This document shows, one piece after another, positions 9,958-18,940 of a stretch of 64,000 bases of DNA. The stretch's first letter is position 1. Every line of letters starts with the position of its first letter. This DNA comes from an uncultured Verrucomicrobiae bacterium (GTDB lineage Bacteria > Chlamydiota > Chlamydiia > Chlamydiales > Rhabdochlamydiaceae). The translations under genes were made by a program, and so were the position numbers. The notes beneath the pieces are model-generated. The model saw nothing but the letters and a program-made list of their open reading frames with translations. It made no database searches and was not told where the DNA came from. The DNA lies in the NCBI GenBank assembly GCA_963806855.1, contig CAWDYW010000002.1, positions 64,001-128,000 on the forward strand, read 5' to 3'.

Positions 9958-10244
9958 CAAATTATCGCTAATATTGCATATAAAAAATATTATCTATTTT
10001 TTTGCAATCTTAATTTTCAATTTCGTTGTTAAACATTCGAATTTATTGCTTTTAGGCGATCTTCAATTTTATTCACGATTAGTTAATTCAAGTCTACCCA
10101 TTGAGAGGTAATCCAAGAACTCGTGTGATATGAGTAAGAAAAAAAGTTGTCCTAAAATCAGTATTTTTTGTTTATTCAGTAATGTCATTTTTATAGCATT
10201 TGTTTTTTAGTTAACTAAAAATACAGTTTCTTTGTATAATTTCA

Positions 10245-12347
10245 GTGAATTTAAAAAATTATTACCAAAGATTTGTTATGAATATTACCAACGGGATAAT
10301 GGGAGACACCAACAATCCGCTAATCGCTTTGCTCGGTGCGTATACGGAAAATTTTGTTGGTTATGTGTATACTATGAGTTTTGATGAGGCTCATTTATTG
10401 ACAAACGATGCTTGGAAATCGCAGGTGGGGGGAATACCACATAATAGTTTTCTCGTAGCTACGGCATTTAATCCTGAACAATTTGCTGCCGCCCACGAAG
10501 TTGATCGTGAAGTACTTCTTCTTCGTGTTTTAGGTCCTTCTCCATTACCTCAAGATGGCGAGCTCCTTCGATATCGTGTCGAGCATAATCAGCGCCGTAC
10601 ACGAGAGGAAGTTTTTAACCAAGATCATGCTGGCGATCCGATTACTCGCGATTCACTCCAATATGGAGGGCTGCATTGCCGCGTTTTAGGCACATTTTTC
10701 ATCGAGAATGGTAACTTGAGACTTGGGAGTGATGTTGAGAACTACATGACTTCAACTCGTCTGCGGGTGTTCAAGCCTAGAGATAAAGCATTAGAGCGTA
10801 TAGTAAATCACATTAATCAAGAAGTGCTAAATAAAGCTGAGTCCGAAGCTAAGAAATCCGGATTTAATAAGCTTCCGACACCAATTCAGATAGGTACACT
10901 ACGCTACACGTCAACTGCTCGGATCCATCGTAGTTCGAAGGAACCGCCAGTTTCAGTATTGATCCAACCCTCAGATTTTCTTGCTCATCGCACTGCCGTA
11001 TTAGGAATGACTCGTACAGGTAAATCTAATACAGTAAAGAGTACAGTTGCAGCTGTCCATATTTCCGCTTTGAGCGCCGGAATCAAGGTCGGGCAAATAA
11101 TTTTCGATATTAATGGTGAATATGCTAATGCCAATCATCAGGATGACGATAGTTCTATAGCCAAAGTGTTTGAAAAGAGTTGCGTTCGTTATCGAGCTAT
11201 ACAAACTGAGGGTTTTGAAGATCTACGTACAAACTTTTATGAACAATGCGCCGAGGGGTTGAATTTGTTAGCGCAGCTTTCTAAAGATGATCAGTACCGA
11301 AACCAAACCGATCTCGAACTTTTTTTGGATAGTGGCTTAGAGGAGCCAGATAAGACAGATCATAGTGATCATACGCGGTGGAAAGTCAGAAAAGCTATTT
11401 TCCAGTGCATTCTATATTCTGCAGATTATAGACCTTCAAAAGATTATATAATTAGTTTTCCTGCTAATGAGGAAGTATTAAATGAAGTTTCAAAAAATTC
11501 TGATGAGCAAAAAAATGATAAGGATTTTTCAGGAGATGTTAAAATGTCCTTGGAGAATGCTCGTGACTGGTTTATTGCAGCCCGCGAGCGGAACTATAAA
11601 TTGCAAAAGGAGCAAGAAGAGGCAGGTAAGAAAAAAATAGGACTTAAGTCTAGCAGTGGTAAACCATGGGTTGATTCTGTTACGGAGGCTTATCTGAATG
11701 TTCTTGCACGAAAAAACAATACAGGTACCCCCATTCGTGGCTACCGGGCTATTATTTCTTATGGCGAATATCACTCATCTCAGAGACGTTCTGATGTGGT
11801 GAAAGAAATTTTAGATCATCTGCAGAAAGGAAAAATTGTCATACTGGATCTTTCATGTGGGCCTGTGACTGCGCGTACCACCCTCTCAGAACGCATAGCT
11901 AGACAGATCTTTGAAAACTCTTTTAAAGAGATGAATTCTGGAAAAGTGCCTCAGAACATAGTTATTTACGTAGAGGAGGCTCACAATCTTATTGGTAAAC
12001 AGGATGATCTTACAAAGACTTGGCCTCGCATTGCAAAGGAAGGAGCAAAGGCTAAGATTGCATTTGTTTACGCGACTCAAGAACCCTCTTCGATTCACCC
12101 CAATATTCTGGCGAATACGGAAAATTGGTTTATTACGCATTTAAATAATGATGATGAATTAAGGGTCTTGGGTAAATTTTATGATTTTGCAGATTTTCAA
12201 TCGTCGCTTAAGAGTGCACAGGATGTGGGTTTTGCTCGTGTTAAAACTCTATCAACACCATTTGTGATACCAACTCAGATAAAACGATTTGAACCAAAAG
12301 AACTCGAAAAGCAACTGTTTCAAATTCAGGCCGATAAGGCTGATTAG
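10245..12347 (+). CDS. herA: HerA/FtsK-family ATPase with an N-terminal HAS-barrel-like region (start may be the ATG at 10278)
   Basis: Walker A GMTRTGKS, IFDINGEY, Walker B VIYVEEAHN, IAKEGAK, ATQEPS. Confidence 0.88.
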   Translation: MNLKNYYQRFVMNITNGIMGDTNNPLIALLGAYTENFVGYVYTMSFDEAHLLTNDAWKSQVGGIPHNSFLVATAFNPEQFAAAHEVDREVLLLRVLGPSPLPQDGELLRYRVEHNQRRTREEVFNQDHAGDPITRDSLQYGGLHCRVLGTFFIENGNLRLGSDVENYMTSTRLRVFKPRDKALERIVNHINQEVLNKAESEAKKSGFNKLPTPIQIGTLRYTSTARIHRSSKEPPVSVLIQPSDFLAHRTAVLGMTRTGKSNTVKSTVAAVHISALSAGIKVGQIIFDINGEYANANHQDDDSSIAKVFEKSCVRYRAIQTEGFEDLRTNFYEQCAEGLNLLAQLSKDDQYRNQTDLELFLDSGLEEPDKTDHSDHTRWKVRKAIFQCILYSADYRPSKDYIISFPANEEVLNEVSKNSDEQKNDKDFSGDVKMSLENARDWFIAARERNYKLQKEQEEAGKKKIGLKSSSGKPWVDSVTEAYLNVLARKNNTGTPIRGYRAIISYGEYHSSQRRSDVVKEILDHLQKGKIVILDLSCGPVTARTTLSERIARQIFENSFKEMNSGKVPQNIVIYVEEAHNLIGKQDDLTKTWPRIAKEGAKAKIAFVYATQEPSSIHPNILANTENWFITHLNNDDELRVLGKFYDFADFQSSLKSAQDVGFARVKTLSTPFVIPTQIKRFEPKELEKQLFQIQADKAD

Positions 12348-12360
12348 CGAGAAATAAGAC

Positions 12361-13725
12361 ATGCCATATCAAAATCAAAGAGCAGGAAAATGCGCTCAAA
12401 GCGATATAATCAAGAATCCTGATGTGGCTGGATTTCTTTCTAACTGTAATTATATCCGTGATCCAAGTGATGATGAGGGCAATCACATCGCAAGATCGTT
12501 TATGGACATCCCATCTTCTAGTGTATTGCCAATAAAAGTTGTGGCATCTGATGCTAGCATCTACGCAAATCCAATTAATACTAATTTTCCCTCTACACAA
12601 ATGGGCTATATAAAGCTGAGTTTTTTATTGGTAGATATGGCCAATTTTAATGGACTAACTCAGCCAGACACATTTTTTATTAATCCATTTAAAGTAGCAG
12701 AAATACACCGTAATGCAGATGCTTTTGCCTTTACCTTGCCAGGAAGCAATATTCGTTATAAGAATGCCTCGACTGTGAAAGATGGTTTCCGTTTGGCGGT
12801 TTGGGATCAATTATCAGATAGACGGACAAATTTCACTATGTCAGGTCCATATTCGGTCATAGATACCTTATTTGACATAGCAGATGGACAAATTAAAATC
12901 GAAAAATGTCCTAGTTGTTGTCACAAACCCGATAGCCCTTATTTATTCCGATCTCCGAAAGAGCTAAAGACTTGTCAACAGTGTGAAATGCCCATTTACC
13001 CTACAGATAGTCTCAGGTTGCATGAGGAGATTAGCGATTTTGGAAGCAATACTTCTCCAATGACAAGATTTATGAATGTCATCGAACATCTATCAATGGC
13101 AAGTCTTATACGTATGTTGAGCGAGCATCAGCCAGAAACCCTATCAAGAATGGCCTTTATTATTGATGGTCCCTTGGCAATTTTTGGCGAGCCTTCTTGG
13201 GTTTCAAAACGTCTTATGTATTTTTACAATCGCATTAATCGAGAATTGGATACACGAGGTTTGCCAGCCCCTTTAATTATTGGTCTTCAAAAGGAAGGTC
13301 AAGCGATGGATCATGCAAGATCTATCCAGAGCTTTGTAGGCGCCGGTCGTTATCGTGTTATTGACGATGATTACAGGAAGCAATACATTTCGGCAGGTAT
13401 GTCAAATAGTTTAAACTTTGGAGACGAGACGTACTATGGACAAGATTTTATTTTAAAAACGGAAAAGGGGCAGATTTTCGTCATTGCCTTGCCTTATCCT
13501 TTCTCGACAAAGAATAACAAAGCAGAATTTTCCATAAAAAAGACGGATGTTTCGAGATATCCAGCATTAGGTCGCTCCTTTGATCTAATAAAACACTTTG
13601 AATTAGACCTATATCAGAGTGCTATAATCCCTATAGCTTTGGCGCATCGTCATGCCTCTATTAGCCTTGTTCCTGGAGGAAAAGTTCTCGATTTGATGAC
13701 CAAACATGGGCTAAGTATGAAATAG
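12361..13725 (+). CDS. nurA: NurA-like nuclease (RNase H-like fold) with a zinc-ribbon insertion
   Basis: VVASDAS, FIIDGPL, GLQKEG, PIALAHRHASI motifs; CPSC...CQQC; 13 bp downstream of herA. Confidence 0.75.
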   Translation: MPYQNQRAGKCAQSDIIKNPDVAGFLSNCNYIRDPSDDEGNHIARSFMDIPSSSVLPIKVVASDASIYANPINTNFPSTQMGYIKLSFLLVDMANFNGLTQPDTFFINPFKVAEIHRNADAFAFTLPGSNIRYKNASTVKDGFRLAVWDQLSDRRTNFTMSGPYSVIDTLFDIADGQIKIEKCPSCCHKPDSPYLFRSPKELKTCQQCEMPIYPTDSLRLHEEISDFGSNTSPMTRFMNVIEHLSMASLIRMLSEHQPETLSRMAFIIDGPLAIFGEPSWVSKRLMYFYNRINRELDTRGLPAPLIIGLQKEGQAMDHARSIQSFVGAGRYRVIDDDYRKQYISAGMSNSLNFGDETYYGQDFILKTEKGQIFVIALPYPFSTKNNKAEFSIKKTDVSRYPALGRSFDLIKHFELDLYQSAIIPIALAHRHASISLVPGGKVLDLMTKHGLSMK

Positions 13726-13758
13726 CTATCTGTTGCTCACTTGATTGTGACATGAACT

Positions 13759-14070
13759 TTACTCTCGATCAGATGTTGGAGCGATTTTAAGAATTTCTAA
13801 GGCATAGAGATTCCCCTGGATTGCACTGTTAACAATTTGTTCATCGAGTTTCCAGGGTTTCTCATATTGAGCCAGGATCGAAATTGCATATCGATTACCT
13901 TCCAGAGCCTCAGTAATTAGGCGATCTTTGATTTTGTATTCTTTCCATCCCATGTATCCAGCGAACGAGATTAATACTGCAAACATTAAAATAGGCACGG
14001 AAAAATATTTAAGAATTTTTCGAAAATTTTCCATATGGGGATCCTTTTTTGAGATTGCATTATGACCCAT
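13759..14070 (-). CDS. Small membrane-anchored hypothetical protein
   Basis: 103-aa ORF with one TM segment (FSVPILMFAVLISFAGYMGW) and a repeated A(L/I)xGNxYA motif. Confidence 0.65.
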   Translation of the reverse strand: MGHNAISKKDPHMENFRKILKYFSVPILMFAVLISFAGYMGWKEYKIKDRLITEALEGNRYAISILAQYEKPWKLDEQIVNSAIQGNLYALEILKIAPTSDRE

Positions 14071-14223
14071 AATCGATTTTGTAGTAAGACGAAGCTTTTT
14101 TTTAATATGCTCAATGATTCTCCATTTCTATATTGACTCCATGTACATTAAGAATTCGGAATATGGCGTTAGACTTGTGATTGAAAGCCTCTATAATGTC
14201 CATTTTTACGAAACGAACCCATT

Positions 14224-14712
14224 TTAGATGTTCGAATGGATGTCTACCGCTATGGGCGCAAATACCGCTTGCCCTTGCCTCATCCCTTGGAGTCTCTGCA
14301 GCTCATGAAGGGCTCGATAGAGTGTTCTTTCGAGGTTCGATTCATAGCGTGAGATTGAATTGAGAATGGAAGTATTATATGCATCCTGGATATTTCGTAA
14401 TTTCCCCATGTAGTCTTTGTCCTCAAGAGCCTTGGACTCTGCCGTAATTAACCGTTGCAATCGCCACAAAGTAGCCCCTATCTTTTCAGTCAGAACTTCT
14501 TCGATTTTCCCTTGCGGTTGAAGGGTGGTGAACAAGTCATCCATGAGAGCTTGTAAAGCCCTAGAGTCCTCCTCTCGAATAATAAGATCTTTAGATAGGA
14601 GCCCGTGTTTGACTGAATTCCTGCGAGCTAGCTCTTTGCCCTCTGGGGTTTTGGGGCCCGTAGATCTTAACGCATTTTTGCGATTGGCTTGGATTTGTTT
14701 ATCTGTAATCAT
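14224..14712 (-). CDS. Conserved hypothetical protein of mobile elements (STGPKT.EGK...HG motif)
   Basis: QIQANRKNALRSTGPKTPEGKELARRNSVKHGLLS and RYESNLERTLYRALHELQRLQ; likely start MITDKQ at 14712. Confidence 0.75.
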   Translation of the reverse strand: MITDKQIQANRKNALRSTGPKTPEGKELARRNSVKHGLLSKDLIIREEDSRALQALMDDLFTTLQPQGKIEEVLTEKIGATLWRLQRLITAESKALEDKDYMGKLRNIQDAYNTSILNSISRYESNLERTLYRALHELQRLQGMRQGQAVFAPIAVDIHSNI

Positions 14713-14736
14713 ATTTTTATCCTTCTTTTTTATCCC

Positions 14737-14770
14737 CATAAACCCCAGAAATACCTTTTTGGGGTTTATG
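14737..14770. repeat. 11-bp inverted repeat just downstream of the primase/helicase gene
   Basis: cataaacccca (14737-14747) / tggggtttatg (14760-14770). Confidence 0.7.
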
Positions 14771-14783
14771 AGGGTGGTTAATA

Positions 14784-16832
14784 CTACTCAAAGGCTCTCG
14801 GGTGCAGGTTCCAAAATTCTGATTGGCGTCCTGTTTGGCTTGGTACTTTTTCGGAAACTACCCATCCATAATCCTGGAGCATTTCAAGCGCTGCGCGCAC
14901 TCTGATCGAATCTGACAATCCCCCGAGTCCCTGGTGATAAATGTCTTGTGCTTTGAATCTTGAAGGGAGTCGTTTTTGGCGTAGGAGATTCAATATGGTC
15001 TCTACATCGCCGACTGTTCCGCCAACCACGCTTTCATAGCATCGTCGTGCATGAGATTCGAAGTAAGCGAGAATTTCCAATGCGGATTCGAGGGTATCTG
15101 GGGTTACGTCATTTTGCTGTGATTCAGCATCAGTTTCTTTAAGCCGATGCAGGATAATCACCAGGACAGCCAAAGTCTTGGCCTGTTTCCCGAGGTGACT
15201 TTCCCAGTAAGCGGGATGCTTGCCAAACCGGGTATCATTCTCATGCTTTACTAACCAGTTGTCGAATTTTACCTGCGCTTCAGAGCTAAATACCAGTATC
15301 CTATTTTCGGATCCGGCTTCCTTATCGATTTGTGTCCAAATCTTTTGGATCCCATTCTCAAGCTGAGAGGGGATTATCTCATGAGATAGTTCAAAATATT
15401 GCTTGTGATCTGGATAGCAGACAAATTGGAACCTCTGCATAAAACCGTCTGCTCCACTGCTTCGGCTCATGGCTTCTTGTAGATAGCGTTGAAGCGCTGT
15501 TGGAGGAATGCAGCCAATCCATGTGAGCGCAAGAGGAATGTTGAGAAGGGACTCTCGACACATCCTGTCTTCGGAATACTCCTCAAGGCCTGACCAACAA
15601 CTCATTATGAATGAGCGGTCCCCCTCGCTCCCATATTTATCAAGACGTTCTAACTGCCCCTTGAGCTCATCATTACGGAGGAGGATACCTCTTGGGTTTC
15701 CGGCCATTAGTTCACGTAGTTTAGGTGTTGTAACGTCATCGGTGATGTATCTACGACGAATTGGAGGCAGCTCATCAAAATCTTTAGAGCTTTTTTCCGT
15801 TTCTCGTTTCCTATTTGAGTAGGCTTTTTTCGCTGCAGCAAATTCTTGGGCTGCTTGAGCCTCAAGGGATTTGAATAAACGGAAAATTCTTCTCATAATG
15901 GGGCTTTTTTTGGCAGATGGGGGACCAACTAATGCAGACCAGCAATTTGCAGTTTCATACCATGTGTCATTGGCCCGCATGCGTAGGTATACTGAGCGTC
16001 CAATTAACCCTCCGAGTGATGTAATCAGCGTTGTGGCTGAGTAATCAGCAACTTGAGAAAATTGCAGTGAGGTTAGTCTAAGAAATTCGCCAATTTTTTT
16101 AGGAAAAGCATGTACAGGGAACGTCGGGACAGGCAGAAGATCGACTTTCAGCTCCCGCGGTGCATGCTCAAAAAGAGCTTCAATGGGTTTGAAATCAACC
16201 TCGGGGCAATCCTCTACTTTAATGAGCCTTTTTTTGATCTCTTGAGTGAGGCCCTTTTGCACGGGCTCGACCATATTAAGGGGAATGGTTTGAAATCCAT
16301 CCCAATCTTGGCCCATGAGAACTGTTGATTGGAGCCAGTCTACTACGTCGCCACCCGGAATTTCTGGAGCCAAATTTGCCACTAGAATCTCGGCATCCGG
16401 AACGATGCGACGCAATTCTGTAGAGACTAATCGAGTAAACGAGACGCCAGCCTTATCGTTGTCGCGTAAAATAAGAAAACGGTTATAATAGCGCACAGGT
16501 TTCCAGTCTGAATTGGAGGGGTTTTGCGCCCCTAGAACCGATGTGATCACAGGCCAGCCCAAGTGATGTAGGGCGCTTGCGCACTTTTCCCCTTCTGTGA
16601 TGATCAAGGCATTGAAGGGGGAAGGGGATTTTAAGGTGTGAAGTCCAAAGAGAGGATAGGGGGAAGGACAAGTTCCCTCTATCCACTCATTGTCGGATAA
16701 CCGAAACTGGCGATAGCTTTTCTTTCCAGTGGTCTCATATCTTCCAATGACCATGACGGGCATGCCGTGATCGATATAAGTCCAATGGTGTTGGTAACCC
16801 GGGATATTTGGTAGATGGTCTTTAGGGATCAT
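14784..16832 (-). CDS. Toprim primase domain fused to DUF3987 (YfjI-like P-loop) replication protein
   Basis: Toprim ITEGEK...DNDKAG...GGDVVDW; DUF3987-type LVGPPSAKKSP, DDVTT, NDELKG, DGFMQRF. Confidence 0.85.
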   Translation of the reverse strand: MIPKDHLPNIPGYQHHWTYIDHGMPVMVIGRYETTGKKSYRQFRLSDNEWIEGTCPSPYPLFGLHTLKSPSPFNALIITEGEKCASALHHLGWPVITSVLGAQNPSNSDWKPVRYYNRFLILRDNDKAGVSFTRLVSTELRRIVPDAEILVANLAPEIPGGDVVDWLQSTVLMGQDWDGFQTIPLNMVEPVQKGLTQEIKKRLIKVEDCPEVDFKPIEALFEHAPRELKVDLLPVPTFPVHAFPKKIGEFLRLTSLQFSQVADYSATTLITSLGGLIGRSVYLRMRANDTWYETANCWSALVGPPSAKKSPIMRRIFRLFKSLEAQAAQEFAAAKKAYSNRKRETEKSSKDFDELPPIRRRYITDDVTTPKLRELMAGNPRGILLRNDELKGQLERLDKYGSEGDRSFIMSCWSGLEEYSEDRMCRESLLNIPLALTWIGCIPPTALQRYLQEAMSRSSGADGFMQRFQFVCYPDHKQYFELSHEIIPSQLENGIQKIWTQIDKEAGSENRILVFSSEAQVKFDNWLVKHENDTRFGKHPAYWESHLGKQAKTLAVLVIILHRLKETDAESQQNDVTPDTLESALEILAYFESHARRCYESVVGGTVGDVETILNLLRQKRLPSRFKAQDIYHQGLGGLSDSIRVRAALEMLQDYGWVVSEKVPSQTGRQSEFWNLHPRAFE

Positions 16833-17143
16833 TAGAATACCCCTTGTGTTTCTATAAGCTTAAGCAATGCCCCTCGAAAACTGAGGCCATCTCTTTTTTG
16901 CAAAAAGGCGATGATGTCGCCTCCCTTTGCGCCACAAGACCAGCATTTGAAAGAGCCGGTTTCCAGATTGACTTTGAAGGAGCCAGCTTTCTTGTCTTCG
17001 TGAAAAGGACAGAGGCCAGCAGTTGCCCAATCCCCTGATCTCTGGGCAAGGCTGATAAGGGATTGTTCAGCCAGGTAGAATGCATAAGGGTCAATCATGC
17101 CTTTGATTGCTTTAGCATCGAGCTGTCTGGTGAAGTCATTCAT
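16832..17143 (-). CDS. CHC2 zinc-finger (primase zinc-binding) protein
   Basis: LCPFHEDK..SF.V......FKCWSCGAKGGDII.F; GGAGG RBS before MNDFTR at 17143. Confidence 0.9.
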   Translation of the reverse strand: MNDFTRQLDAKAIKGMIDPYAFYLAEQSLISLAQRSGDWATAGLCPFHEDKKAGSFKVNLETGSFKCWSCGAKGGDIIAFLQKRDGLSFRGALLKLIETQGVF

Positions 17144-17349
17144 TTTTGACCTCCTTTTGATGCTTGGGATTCGATCCACTCTTCAAAGAGATCCATTCGT
17201 AAATAGCAGCGCCTGCCGATTTTTCGGACCGCTTTCTCTAAACCATTCCGGTGTCTCATTAGCAAATAATGCCTAATTTGACCAATTGTAAATGGGTACT
17301 TATTGCCTGCAGCAATTTGCTTTGGTTCCAAATATATTTTTTCTTCCAT
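17140..17349 (-). CDS. Excisionase/AlpA-like small DNA-binding protein
   Basis: NGLEKAVRKIGRRCYLRMDLFEEWIE winged-helix pattern; position upstream of the primase; AAGGAG RBS. Confidence 0.75.
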   Translation of the reverse strand: MEEKIYLEPKQIAAGNKYPFTIGQIRHYLLMRHRNGLEKAVRKIGRRCYLRMDLFEEWIESQASKGGQK

Positions 17350-17475
17350 AATATTCTCCTTGGCAGCTCTGTGCCTTTTTGAGTTCATATGGACTTTATT
17401 GGAGCAGAACTAGCAAAAGGTGTCCTACGGGTTCTCAGAAAAATTCGGGGTTTTGGGAAATTGAATTGATAGAAC

Positions 17476-18939
17476 TTATTGGGTGTGCATAGAAGCAGCT
17501 TGTTGTTTAACAGCTTTTTTGATTTCTTCTTTGATTTTCTGTGAATTGATCCGATATGGGGAGTTTTTTATTAACTCCTCTTGTTTCGTTATCTCTCTCC
17601 TCAATTCAAGGGATATTAGAGTACCAGGTATAACGTGAACTTTTTCAAGGAAGTCTTTTGGAAGAAGTTTGTGTTCAATTCCAAATGATTCTGCGTTTTT
17701 TTTGCTTAAAAGTTCTTCCAGATTGTCATAGTTGATTTTTTTAAAAAGTTGATCTGATTTGTTCAATTTCGAGGAGCTGATCCATGCAGCAAGGATATCC
17801 ATGACCCCCTGAGTAGGAAAGATCTCTTGTTCATTCACGCGAATCACAAGAGATTGAAAATCAATGTCGGAAACCTTTATGGCAAAGAAATCATCAACTT
17901 TTAGATGCAGGCCTGAAAAAGCTGAATGTTGTGCAAGCCAAATAAAAAGGATTCCTTCACCTAGTACTATGCTTTTTCGTTTTTTCTCAAGAAATTGAGT
18001 ACAAAGATAGTATAATACTGCAGCACATTCGATATCACTTATACAAGTTGCCGGTCGTTTGGCTGAATATTTTTCTTTTTTCACTTGTCTTTGCCTGTGC
18101 GCTCGTAGTTGAGAGAGCTCTCTTTTTTTCATTTCCTCGGGTAGTGATGTGTTCGATATCAATTCATTTTCTACCATTGATATGAATTCCCTAAGAAGAT
18201 CTTTTATCATTGGATTTCGACTTGAAGTAGCTTTTTTTCGAGAAATTACATAAAAATCCCTTAGAGTTGCTGTTGAAGGAAACAGACCAGTAATTAAGTG
18301 ATACCTGATTTTCCAATCTAGCTCTTTATTTTTCCATTTTTCCAACTCATGTTGGTTCATAGCAGGAAAATGATGATCATTAATCGCGTATTCATAAATA
18401 AAAGCTTCAAATCTAAGAAAACCAGGCTGTTCTAGGTCTTCGTAGATTGCTGTTAGAATTTTCGCTTCTTCAAGAGCTTGATGCAGCAAAGGAGTTAAAC
18501 GAATTGCCTCTAATTGGATCTCAAACCAATCGATATCTCCTCCAAATTCCTCATTAGAAGGACAATAAATAAGATCTCTTGCAAGTTTGGATTTCTGCCA
18601 TTCTCCATCAAATTGGGGTAGTTGAAAAATGATGCCGTAATCATCAATAGATGGAGAAATTAGTTTGTTTTTCAAAATTGGGAGCATAGGGGGTCTTGCA
18701 TACCTCAAGTAATACCCTTTTGCCCCCAGTGTTCCAAAATGTTTTGTTGCTAGATTTTTTATTTGATCTATTAATTTTGATGATGGAGGGCCAACGTTTG
18801 CATGCTTGGGATGTACTAAACAAACTCCAAATGGTTGTCCATGCTGCAGGCATTTTTTTAGACGAGCATCACATCTATCAAAAAGTGAAATTAGAGCTGT
18901 TTTAAATTCATGGAATGAATTAAGAGCTTTTTTCTTCAT
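17476..18939 (-). CDS. Hypothetical protein with a C-terminal degenerate tyrosine-recombinase-like domain
   Basis: 487-aa ORF; SGLHLKVDDFFAIKVSDIDFQSLVIRV resembles integrase box I without the catalytic Arg. Confidence 0.65.
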   Translation of the reverse strand: MKKKALNSFHEFKTALISLFDRCDARLKKCLQHGQPFGVCLVHPKHANVGPPSSKLIDQIKNLATKHFGTLGAKGYYLRYARPPMLPILKNKLISPSIDDYGIIFQLPQFDGEWQKSKLARDLIYCPSNEEFGGDIDWFEIQLEAIRLTPLLHQALEEAKILTAIYEDLEQPGFLRFEAFIYEYAINDHHFPAMNQHELEKWKNKELDWKIRYHLITGLFPSTATLRDFYVISRKKATSSRNPMIKDLLREFISMVENELISNTSLPEEMKKRELSQLRAHRQRQVKKEKYSAKRPATCISDIECAAVLYYLCTQFLEKKRKSIVLGEGILFIWLAQHSAFSGLHLKVDDFFAIKVSDIDFQSLVIRVNEQEIFPTQGVMDILAAWISSSKLNKSDQLFKKINYDNLEELLSKKNAESFGIEHKLLPKDFLEKVHVIPGTLISLELRREITKQEELIKNSPYRINSQKIKEEIKKAVKQQAASMHTQ

Positions 18940-18940
18940 T

